DNA from: Chrysomallon squamiferum
Taxonomy: Eukaryota > Animalia > Mollusca
Assembly (NCBI GenBank): GCA_012295275.1
Contig: CM022671.1
Location: forward strand, 30,628,001-30,692,000
Direction of reading: 5' to 3'
DNA: 64,000 nt
The notes under the pieces were generated by a model, which worked only from the letters and a program-made list of their open reading frames with translations, was not told where the DNA came from and did no database searches. How positions within the stretch are numbered: the first letter of the stretch is position 1; each line of letters starts with the position of its first letter. Below, in pieces: positions 15,424 to 26,887 of this stretch. The translations under genes and the position numbers were made by a program.

Positions 15424-18400
15424 GGATGGATGGACGGACGGATAACCCGTATGGATGGATAAATAAATAAATAAATAAGTAAATAAATAAATAATTAAAT
15501 AAGTAAATGAGTAAAAGTAAGTAAGTAAGTAAGTAAGTAAATAAATAAATAAATAAGTAAATAAGTAATGATGTAATTAAGTAAATAAATAAATATATAT
15601 GTAAATAAGTAATGATGTATTTAAGTAAATAAATAATTAAAATTTAATAAATAAATTTAATAAATAAATAAATAAATTTGTAAATAAGTAAGTAATTAAT
15701 TAAATAAATAAATAAATAAATAAAACTGTGTGTGTGTATGGCCTAGATAGAGAGATAGATATACAGATGTATAGATATATAGATAGATAGATGGATGGAT
15801 GGATGGATGGATGGATATATAGATGTCTGATAGATAGACAGATAACTAAATCAATAGATATGTAAACAAATATCATTAGAAAGAAATTAGATAAGTAAAT
15901 AAATAAATAAACTGATTGGAACGGGAAACAAATACATAGGTGCAATGAAGTAGAATTTAGTCATTATTTTTATTGAGATCTTTCCCTATCTTAGAAAATA
16001 TGCGTGCACATTAAAATAATAATTCTGTTCTTTTAATTTATTTAACATGAATAATGAAAAACTTATTCATTATTGATATTTCTGTTCACATATCATTTCA
16101 GTTAGATTATCACAGTTCGCATGGTCAAGATAAATAATTATCACTAGTTTATATTTTGTAAAATCTCCGAGCCAGGTAAATACATCTTGTCTGTTTTTCT
16201 TACCTTACTGAGATAACGAACTGATTGTTTTTCCTTCTTCGCCAAACTATAAAGTTTCCATCTTCTTTTTTGAATTTATCCATAGTTGGTTTAATCTGGG
16301 AAAAAAAAAAAAAAATATAAAATAAAATATATATATATAGTGAACAGAAAAAAGATTCCGTCCCAGACGGCTTTAAACATTTTTCTTCGTAACACTTCAT
16401 TTCTTCTTCATTTACATTTCGGTTACTTAAATAGCATTAGTGAGCATGCACGAATAATATTACCATTCTCACATATCATCTCAATAGTATTACTACCGTT
16501 ACTTCTGCTGCTGCTGCTGCTACTACTATAATAACAGCTATTACAACTACAGCTACTGCACCTACTGGTATGTATATTACTACTATTATTACTACCTCTA
16601 CTCACAGTCATTTCTGTTACATCAGGGCACCAGCCAGGAATGTCAGAATCAGGAATGTTTGGAACAGACGTGAAAACGGGCGTGGATTCAGAACGTATTC
16701 GTTTCATGGGAAGTGGCGGCTTCTCTTGCTGCAGTGACATGGACCGCGGTTTCGTCAGAGTGACGTCATCGCAAGGAATATATGTGTATTCGCTCAGCAA
16801 TACAGTTTGAGAATCGAGAGACCTAGCCGAGCTGATGCCTGTCAGAGTTGCTGGTGTTGTTTCGCTTAACCTGTGTCCACTCATGTCTATATAATCTTCA
16901 AATTCTTCTTCATCTTCGTTTGCCATGCAGGAATAGGTTAGCTGCCAGGAAACCTTTTTGCTTGTATTTTGGCTCGTGGCTGCAGTGATCTGCTCCGTAG
17001 GTTTCTGATCGCGGATCATCAAATTGGAATCAGACTGACTTAATTCCATCGGGAACAAACACGGTTCTGTTTCCATGGGAGAATCTGAAGAATTGGCGAA
17101 TCCGAAATAGCCGTCTGATGATCTAGTGATGATCAGAGGATCGGACTTTGACATCTTATTTTCGTTCAACAAAGAGTTGAGGTTTTGGCAGGGTGATGCT
17201 TGGTCGTTGGATGCAGTGGCAATGATGTTTTCATTGTTGGTATCAGCAAAACCGAAATAACCATCAGAATCTTGATGAATAACGCACGCTTGGGCTGGGT
17301 TTGAATTTTGTTTGGCCCCACCAGTGACGACCATATCTACGGGGTTGAAGTCGTCGTCTAGCATTTCAACATAACCGTCTGGACGATTTTTAAATGTACA
17401 TGGTTTCGGATTTGCATTTTGTGAATTTACTGTGCCTGTATTAGTGGAAAATGGTGTAGGATTATTGTTATCTGTAAGATTTGTACTAACTGACACTGGT
17501 AGTTGTTCACCAGATGCTAGCACACAAGGCACTGGTGGAACTGAGGTAAAAATTGGATGATTTAAATCAATGTAACTTCGTGGCTCACTGGAAACACATG
17601 GCTTTGGAGTGGACGTTGCTGTACACCCGGATGATGCTGAATTAAATAAAACACTTGGTGGTGATTGAACAGACATACCAGTTGTAGACATCACTGGTGA
17701 CATTACTGACTGAGGCATGGATGTCGTTGTCTGAGACGTATTGACAGCAACATTCTTGAGACCAGAGGTCGAAACTCCAGGACTGTTTGAACTGGTACTT
17801 GAATTTTTCATATAAACTAAACTAGGATCTCGGTTATCTGGTTCAGGAGGTAATCCAGCTCGGCTTGCCTGGCCCGGGTTAGAGTACGTCGTATTTGCTG
17901 TTAGAAACTGCCGCACGGTCATCGGACCTGGGAGTGGGTTATTTTTCATAAAGTGTTCCTTGATGCAGATTTTATTATCTTTTGCTATGACCTTGTACTG
18001 AGGTCTGGTCACAGTCTGTGTACACGATGGATTTTCTGATTCCGTAGTTTGGCGTATTTCTTTCACCTCTGTCTGTTGCATGGAGTGATTTAAGAAACTC
18101 GAATTCGTCTGAAGAGACGGCCACTCTGGGTCTGGGAACACCATGCTGTTTAACTCGCGTGAAGCAGTCTCGAGCTCTGCAGCTGTCAGGTGGGTAGAAA
18201 CGGGTACATGGTTTGGTGTTGATTGACTGCTGGAAATGGGTACACGTTTTAGAGTGGTGAGACTGTCACAAAACTGCTGGTGTGTTGGCACTGTGAGGCT
18301 TGTCCCAGAGTTAATGGGTGTTGTAGTACATGAAGTCAGTATACAGCGAGACAGATTATTGAACGACGTACTGTTTATCTAAAAATACAGTAAAGTGATA

Positions 18401-19550
18401 ACGAAAGCAAAATTAAAGTGTGAATATTTGCATATCTCATTATGCCTAAAACACTTCTTAATTAATTCTAATTCGATAAAGAGAATCTCATTTAATTATT
18501 ATTTACAAATGCATTAAAGGACCATTCAGTGAAGTGATATCAGCTGAAACACTTACAGCATCAGAAAACTGCATATTTGAAGTGAGAGTTTGGCTGGTTA
18601 CGGGGATGTTGTAAGTCATGTCACAAATCATTTGAATATCTTCTTTTAAGCCTGCAGTCTGCAGCTGTCCGTTCTGACTCTGGTCCAGGTGATTCTGCTG
18701 GTTTGGCTGACGAGTCTGTGAAGGCAGAGTGATAGGATACGATGGCCTGCCATACACAAAACGTTTAGTGTCATCAGTAGCTTCAACCTTCTTCAGTGAA
18801 AGCTGTCTTCCCTGGAGATTTGAAGGAAAGTTGATTTAAAATGAAATGTTTGTTCAGTTAGCGTTTGTTGTTGAAACGATGAGTGAAGCTGGTGATGAAT
18901 ACAATGATCATGTTGGTAATAATGAACATGATGATGATGATGATTGTAATGATGAACATGGTGATGATGATTGTATTGTTGAACATGACAATGATGTTGG
19001 TAATGAGGAACATGGTGAATATTTTAAATCCTAGTAATGATGAATATGATGATGATGATGTTGATGCTTGTATAAGTGAACATAACAACGATGATACTAA
19101 TGATGAAAATGATGTTGATGATGCCTGTAATCATGAATGTAAAGAAAAAAAAAAAAAAAAAGAAATGATATTATGTATTTGCTTTGCCGCATTAAATCTG
19201 AATACACCTAGTGTACGCTAACAGTTTATTTTAACAAACAAACCTTGAGAAGTCTTGCTGGAGTATTCCAGGAGATAGACAGATCTGGTCCCATGATCAC
19301 GTAGTTAGGAAGATAATTAAGAATATTCTCCAGACTAGAGGCCAAACTTGCATCCATTTCTGTGGAGATTGACTGGAATTCATAATGACCTGGTTCAAAT
19401 TCAATTTTAACATGCAGTTCCATAGAGTGAAGACCTGCAAAAGAAATATCTTAATATGTAATATAAAACATCTTAAAAAATACACACACACACGGACACA
19501 CAGACACAGGCACACACACACAGACACCCCCACCCACCCACACACACACC

Positions 19551-19593
<43 letters not shown>

Positions 19594-19784
19594 ACACACA
19601 GACACCCCCCCACATATATATATATATATATATATATATTGAGAAATAGAAACATAGAATAAAGACGTGAACAAAAAATAATGGTATAGAATTTTTAATC
19701 TAACATCCGGACAGGATGTTTCAGGAACTTTCAGTTCTTAGCAAGAAAAATGACGTCAGTGTCATGTATTTGTATAACCTATTA

Positions 19785-19838
<54 letters not shown>

Positions 19839-20245
19839 GGCTCTGGGAGGGGTATGATGAAAGTGCCAAACCATTCAAAGCTAAATAAGAATTATATCCA
19901 TAAATGTGTTGCTTGACTGCTACATGAATGAATGTACTTGACGTACATTTTAATCAGACTACAGTTCCTTTGTTATGTATAACTGAAGTTTGTATTACAT
20001 TTCTTTTCTACGGTAACACTATAGCTAATTCAGCAAAGAGAACATGAACTGACTTGAAATTCCCACTTTCATAATAGATGTCGTAATAACCGCTTTATTC
20101 TAGGAATGTTGTAAAGACCCGCAAAGTTTGTTTGGAAATAATATATTTCTATTTGCTTTTGAAAAGAGGAGTGCCTTCTTTTCGATGTTATTATTATTAT
20201 TATTATTGTTCGTGTTGTTGTTGTTATTATTGTTTTGTTTTGTTG

Positions 20246-20295
<50 letters not shown>

Positions 20296-20452
20296 ATTAT
20301 TATTATTATTATAAATATTATTATTATTATTATTAATATTAATATCGTTATTACTTTTGTTGTACTGTTAGGGCACTTGTTTTCCTTGCCACAACTACAT
20401 CACTATTTTTCATCACGGCTTCTTCTACTACTACAAATATCTCTATCCTTAA

Positions 20453-20494
<42 letters not shown>

Positions 20495-20972
20495 AATCGT
20501 CATCATCATCTGTGTTATATATTATCAATATCATCAAAGGTTTTACAGAATTTATTTATAGACGACCGGAAACTACCGTTCTAGATTTCTTTTGTCGCTA
20601 CTATTCGTTCAATCAATCAGAGCCAGGAAACACACACCTTGAATTATCTACGTAAGAACAAGCCTACAGAAAAAAAAGCGCTTCACAAAACATTAAAACA
20701 ACAGTAAGAAGTGGACCAGATATTTACACTGTCTGACGCCCACACGAATTAGCGTTCAGGATGTAAAAGGGAAGAAAGGGATTTCCTCTACCCATCCAAT
20801 GAATGAATGAATGAATGAATGAATGAACGAACGAATGAATGAATGCACAGAAGAATAAATGAATACATAAATAAATGGATACAAATATTTCCAGAGCTGA
20901 AACGGGTTTCGATATGGATACAGAAAAGTTAAACATTATAAAACTGATAATTTCATTAGAAGAATTTTTTTG

Positions 20973-21007
<35 letters not shown>

Positions 21008-22001
21008 TATTGTAATACACATACGTTGTAATTACAATAATCAGTTATTTTTAATACTTGATATTCCGAGAACATAATATACATTTATGACACTATTATT
21101 ATTATTGTTATTAATATTATATATAATGTGTCTCTGTGAATATTTTAAGGATCGGGTGAAGTCGTTTGTAATTATATTGTGTTGTAATTAAACACAAAAA
21201 TAAATTATACAAAGTTAATAAAGCATAATCAAATTATTCATATTTATTTATTTATTTATTTGTTTTAATTGTATGTGTTTTCTTTTTCCTTCTTTCTTTT
21301 TAACTGACTGCAAAACAATATATATACATGTAGAACGAATGTTACGCTTGGTTAACTATTATTACCTACTGTAATGTACAAATCTTTATTATGAAGAGAG
21401 AAAACACACGAAGCAGAGTCGAGTTTCGTGTTTCGTCATGTGTGCGATTGTTGATCACATGTACGTGAAGCTACATAGCCATAGCTACAAAAAGTATGTC
21501 ACTCAAGATTTGTTCTTTTAAACAAAGATGTATCTTTTTCTTTAACTTTACGTATGTATGAATACATGTATGTATCTATATTTATGTATACATTACGCAT
21601 GTATGTACTTAAGTATGTACGCATGTATATATGTTCGTAAGTATGTTTGTACTTACGTTGATACGTACATACGTATCCATGTCTGTATGTGTGTTTTTAT
21701 GTGAATGCATGTCTGAAATAATTTTTTTTTTTTAAATAAACAGTCGTTCGGATTGCACTGTTTCTCCTAACTCAGGTAAAATCAATTATAATGTGCTTGC
21801 AGGCAGCCTGTTACTCATTAATGAATTTCACGGTGAGTCATTCTGCTGTTTGTGGACTGCTGGCCCAGATGTCTCCAGTCATTGTATGAACTCGCGATCT
21901 CAGTGACGCAGAACGATGAAACAAACAAAGTACCAACGTACAGACGACACACATACAACAGCGCACGTTTGAATATGTATAAACATCCAGATGTGTGTGT
22001 G

Positions 22002-22053
<52 letters not shown>

Positions 22054-22366
22054 ATGTGTTATTATTTGATTTAAAATAATAATGTACAATTTTTGTAATA
22101 TGTTGGGTGTTTTTTACGTATGAATAAGATGTATCCATGTATACATGAATATGTGTGTGTCACAAACAAAGAATGTATTTTTGTTTATATATTTTTTTAT
22201 AAATACGTTTCTTGAATTTAAATCACTCACACTCTTATCATTATCAAAATATAAATTGATCATATGTCTAACAAAACATTTATAGCTCTATATATATATT
22301 TTTTTTTTTATTTTTTTTTTTTATCAAGCCCGTAACATCCAGGATACAAGAGCAATAAAAAAAAAG

Positions 22367-22397
<31 letters not shown>

Positions 22398-24380
22398 CAC
22401 ATAAAAAACCCCAAATAACATTAATATTCTGTCTGTGTTAGAGCAGATTATTTTTTATCATACGTCACGAGATGTGTCTGTATCTTTCATAACTGAATTA
22501 ATTAGAGTCACCTGCATATCGTGGTGACGTGCGTTCACTTTGTTCAAACCGACTCCGGATTCTTTTCCTTTATCTTATGGCAAGTGTGTCTTGGTTAATT
22601 TCTTTTAAAATACGGACATGCAGTAGCAAAGTTAAAGCACAAATACCACGGGCATGATTTTTTTCTAAGGCATATAAACTGTTAGTAATTTAGTTGTTGT
22701 AGAAAGACTGTACTTGAACGCACGCACTCCCTTCCTAACAACTACATCTGATAAGTAAAGCTTTTGTGTACACATAAAATAAAGCCTTGTAATTATCTAC
22801 GTATGCATCAATGTACTTAGCATTGATCAGTCTGTCTTAAGTACGTCTAATTAAACAATATTCGAGAACGCTCTGGCTGGCGCAGGAGGACAAAGTTCAG
22901 TCACGACCTCACAAACCCAGTCACATGCCGCTGACGAGACTCGAACGTGTGGCACCCATTCGCCACCGCACTCTATAGGCAGACGATAATACTAATCGGC
23001 ATTGAAGACAACCGTGCTTTAAATAGCCAGTGCTTATTATAAAGTGTACTGTTTTTAGTTTTTGTTTAGCACGTTTTAATACTGACAAATAGTCATAGTA
23101 GGTGTGAAATATACTTCTATGTATGTATGTATGTGTGTATGTATGTATTAAATATTGTTTGTATTGAGTATATGTATGTATATGTATATATACATATATG
23201 TAAGTATGCATGTATGTATGTATGAATGCATATACTATATATGTGTATGTCATATGTATGTATGCGTATACTGTGTATATATATGCATGTATATATGTAT
23301 GCATGTATGTATGAATGCATATAATATATATGTGTATGTCATATGTATGTATGCGTATACTGTTTGTGGATGTGAATGAAACGTATTTCTGAGATGTTCC
23401 TATCACCATGTTGTATCCCACGAAGTATGTTTTTTTTTTTAAGCAAATTACACAGTGATCATTTATTATTTATTTACGAAATCACTGTGTAATTTGCTGC
23501 ATCAATCAGACAAATTCGTTACTGCTGATGAGAATGGCTGATCGATTTCTGCTTCAGTATTGTGAATACTCTCTTTGTTGTGATTAATACTGCAGTAGTG
23601 TGGAATGATTTGTGTGAGTAATAGGCTAGCGTTTCATTTCTTCTTTAAAAATAATTTAAAAAATTGTTAAATTTAAGACTGCCATGGAAGTGCAAGTTAA
23701 TTTTTATTTTTATTTTTAAGTAATTAAATTTTTTTTTTTTTTTAGTTTTAGACATATTATTTGCTGCAAAATTTTGTTAGTATTTTTGAAAGAAGATACG
23801 TATCAACTATACAAACATACACAGCTATGGATCCACGAATACACATACACAAATGTACGCACATACTTACACACATAGTACATAAATGAATACACATACA
23901 TACACCCATAAATGCATATACACACAAACACCTGCACAATTACAAATATGCGTCACACGTATTTACTATTTTCCTAAATGCTGCTTATCACTAAGTAGAG
24001 CGTAAACAGTCGTAAATCTTACCTTGACATTTCTGAACGAGGAATTCCAAACAGTCCAGTCTTCGCTGTGCTTTCAAAGCTCTCAGTAAAACGTAAACAG
24101 TTTTTCCTTCCCCTGCCATCCAGTCCTTCAGCAGGCAACACCCTGGAAACGTCTTCTCCACCTGCGCACGACGTCGTATTGCTTCCAACTCGGAAACTGT
24201 CGTGATCCCCAGCTCCTCGGCCAGCCCCTCCCAGTTCCCCGAGTCCCCACGTCCGTCGTTATATAACATCAGACCTAACTTGTCTATTACAGGACAAGGG
24301 AGTTCGTATACACGGGTGTCCAGTATGGAAGGTGGAAGATCCTCTATTACCCCGTTCCACTGAGCGCGATGCCTCGCCAT
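15053..24380 (-). CDS. Death domain / RBD-like / Tyr-motif-rich / SH2 signalling adaptor (978 aa, 6 exons)
   Basis: Exons (-): 24380-24023 (death domain ...VIDKLGLML...WEGLAEELG...LLKDW...TVYVLLRAL...RLDCLEFL), 19434-19244 and 18811-18557 (RBD-like, ISWNTPARLLKGRQLSL), 18378-16606 (S/T/P/N-rich, ends IPGWCPDVTEMT), 16295-16204 (DGNFIVWRRRKNNQFVISV) and 15320-15053 (IRHYVI...LKELITHY...LKIPL, TGA). All junctions are GT-AG, phases 1/0/0/0/2, total 2937 nt in frame. Confidence 0.88.
15342..15440. repeat. (GATA)n/(GGAT)n microsatellite
   Basis: Direct inspection. Confidence 0.9.
16204..16295 (-). CDS. Exon 5 of the adaptor gene: SH2 alphaA-betaB-betaC
   Basis: IKPTMDKFKKEDGNFIVWRRRKNNQFVISV; acceptor (t)n-cccag, donor gtaaga. 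Confidence 0.85.
16606..18378 (-). CDS. Exon 4 of the adaptor gene: 591-codon disordered region with Tyr docking motifs
   Basis: Long ORF 16423..18291; acceptor tttttag at 18380-18379 and donor gtgagt after 16606. Confidence 0.9.
18880..19140. repeat. Degenerate (GAT)-rich intronic repeat (ATGATGAACATG...)
   Basis: Recurrent aatgatgaacat/gatgatgatg units; source of the spurious acidic and Met-rich ORFs. Confidence 0.7.
22830..23013 (-). mobile_element. tRNA-derived SINE copy 3 (intron 1 of the adaptor gene)
   Basis: Reverse complement reads GGTTGTCTTC...CGTTCGAGTCTCGTCAGCGGC...GGGTTTGTGAGGTCGTGACTGAACTTTGTCCTCCTGCGCCAG...AGACGTACTTAAGACAGA. Confidence 0.78.
23442..23498. repeat. Perfect 18-bp inverted repeat with a 21-nt loop
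   Basis: AGCAAATTACACAGTGAT (23442-23459) and ATCACTGTGTAATTTGCT (23481-23498). Confidence 0.9.
24023..24380 (-). CDS. First coding exon of the adaptor gene: death domain (MyD88/IRAK/Tube-like)
   Basis: ORF 23991..24380; start context AAAATGG; six-helix death-domain pattern; donor CAAG|gtaaga. Confidence 0.88.
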
Positions 24381-24469
24381 TTTGTCACATTTAGTTATTT
24401 AAGCTCGTCAAGGCATCTACAAAGTTTTCCTCTGGTTCTCTGTGATCAATACGCACATTAACCCGTTAG

Positions 24470-24555
24470 TTTCTTTCCAGGAAAAACCACGATCGTGTAG
24501 TAGGACAGGAAGATGAAAGGTGTAATCAAGCATGAAACGCATTCTGATTGGTTAA
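24470..24555 (-). promoter_or_regulatory. Candidate proximal promoter of the adaptor gene (CCAAT box, GAS-like palindrome)
   Basis: ATTGG at 24547-24551 (CCAAT on -) and TTCCAGGAA at 24475-24483, 100-170 bp upstream of the ATG. Motif match only. Confidence 0.3.
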
Positions 24556-25301
24556 TCCTTTTCAATAGCCTCGGGTAGTCTTTCTTTATTTCCTTTTTTT
24601 TATTATTTTGTACGTGGTGTGACAAGTATGGCTGTCAACAAAACGCCTACTCAAAAAAAAAAAAAAATAATGCAAGTATTTCAATGAGAATTGCCCAACT
24701 GCAGTAAATAATATATTCTAGAGTGCAAATGTGCACGTAAAACCTAGTATGTGATATAAGCTGAATAATCATTTGTGTTTTAATATAAACACACAAACAC
24801 AATTATACATTTATATTTTTAATGTATGAAAATTAGATATATTATACTTATGAATCATAATTAAAAAAATAAATTGATCAGTAAAAAAAAAAAACAAAAA
24901 AAAATAAAAATAAAAAGTAGTTTGTAGTAGTCGTAACTGTTGTTGTTTCTATACTACTACTACTACACCTACTGCTACTACTACTACTACTTGTTGTTAT
25001 TATTATTATTACAAATGTCAAAGCAATATAATTATGTTAATTCTTGTATGCGACAGAATAAAATGAAAAAAATTTGAATATTGTAAATGTAATAATCCGT
25101 TCTTTGTAGAAACGTGACAAAATAATGCGGTTTACTTGAAAACATTTTAAACAGAGTAATTTCCCTTGAATAAATAAATACTACCAGACATAACCCGTTA
25201 TAATCACTGTTGAAGTATATAAAATAAATTGTGATTATAAGCAATATATTTTGAATCAGATAAGCAAAATTTGTGCCAATCTATATGATTACATATATCT
25301 A

Positions 25302-25345
<44 letters not shown>

Positions 25346-25794
25346 AAAAATAATGGATAACAAAAAAAATGAAAGGATTAAAACATGTAATTAGTTCAGT
25401 GAAACATTCATGAATTTTGAAACCGAAACTAAACTAAAATAAATAATAATAAAAACAAACAAACAAACAAACGATGATAATAAATAAATAAATGATTATG
25501 ATGGTAACAGTAAAAAATAAATATATAAATAACGATGATGTTTATAATGATGATGATGTTGATAAATAAATAAAAATAAAAATGATGATGACCATACTGA
25601 TGCTAATAAACAAACAAGGAGGCAAGATGATAATTTAAAACAAATGTATGTTTCTTTCAGTTTTACTTGGGCACAAAAATTATGTGTATCTTGTTTAACC
25701 AGTTATAAATGAAATCCCCTGTTATCTGTATTTTTATAACTTTTTAAATACTTATATACAGCTGTATATAAAGGAAAATAAAGTTACTTAATTT

Positions 25795-25845
<51 letters not shown>

Positions 25846-26854
25846 CAAATAAATAAAATTTAAGAATAAAAATAAAGATAAAAATAAAATATCAGCTTCT
25901 TCAGTTATTCATGCTCTGAAATATGCGTCTTAAATTCTTAAGTATCAATAATGATACAAAATACATCACCTTTAAGCCTTAGAGCATTTACAAGAAGCTA
26001 ACAAAAAGTATAAATCATTTACATATGAAGCAATATAAAACTTCTTGATATCATAAAACTATATGTATAAAATAAACAGGTAGGTAGATAGGTAGATAAA
26101 TAGATAAAAATAAATAAAAATAATGATGATGATAATAACAACCAATAACAATAATAACAACAACAACAATGAAAGTAGTAGCTCTGGCTGTGGCTGTAGT
26201 AACAATAGTATTATTATGATCACGGATTCTGTCACCACTACTGCTACTATTACTACTACTGATGCTGCTTCGCTGGTGCAGTCTTCAATTAGTATTTATC
26301 AACAAAGATCGGGTTTTATCATGTATAATTTGTTTGTTATTTGCACAAATTACCTAATATGTGTGAATATTTTTAATATGTTCTGAGAAAACAAACATAT
26401 TTTGACATCCTTTCCCACAAGCCTTTGCATCTGACTGAAGAGATGTTCACCAGAGTATTGCAGGTGTGCAGTGTGGATGCAGATGTCGGCATTCATTTTA
26501 TCAGGTGAGAATGCAATTTATCTGGGATTTTTGTTGTTGTTGTTGCTGCTGTTGTTAATATTAATGTTATCACCATGACTGTTGCTGTTGTTATTGTTAC
26601 TATTATTATTATTACTATTATTGTTTGTTTTTATTATTATTATTTTTTTATTTTTTTTTATTGATGATTACAGGGAATGCATGAAGCTTGTTGTCATTCA
26701 CAAAACTGAATCAAAATCATGTCAGTATAACAGAAGCTTTATTTAATTTGTCTTAAATATTTTGAAAATTTGGAAAAAATTTGAGACAGTATTTTATTTT
26801 TAATTTAACAATGTTTTAAATTTATAATGGAGAAACAGTTTTTAATACACTTTT

Positions 26855-26887
<33 letters not shown>

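Noticed and set aside
16296-16605. ORF extensions (poly-S tail of the 622-aa ORF; MKCYEEK...)
   Set aside because: Strong donor (gtgagt at 16605) and acceptor (16296) join the SH2 halves in frame, so the intervening sequence is intron.
18846-19221. Acidic and Met-rich plus-strand ORFs
   Set aside because: A GAT-rich repeat inside intron 2 of the adaptor gene.
21790-21990. GC-richer intronic island with short Cys-rich ORFs
   Set aside because: No convincing splice sites or domain, and the ORFs run into (TG)n. More likely regulatory or a TE remnant.
26400-26510. Possible plus-strand exon ending CAG|GTGAGA
   Set aside because: No clear acceptor, partner exons or protein similarity.
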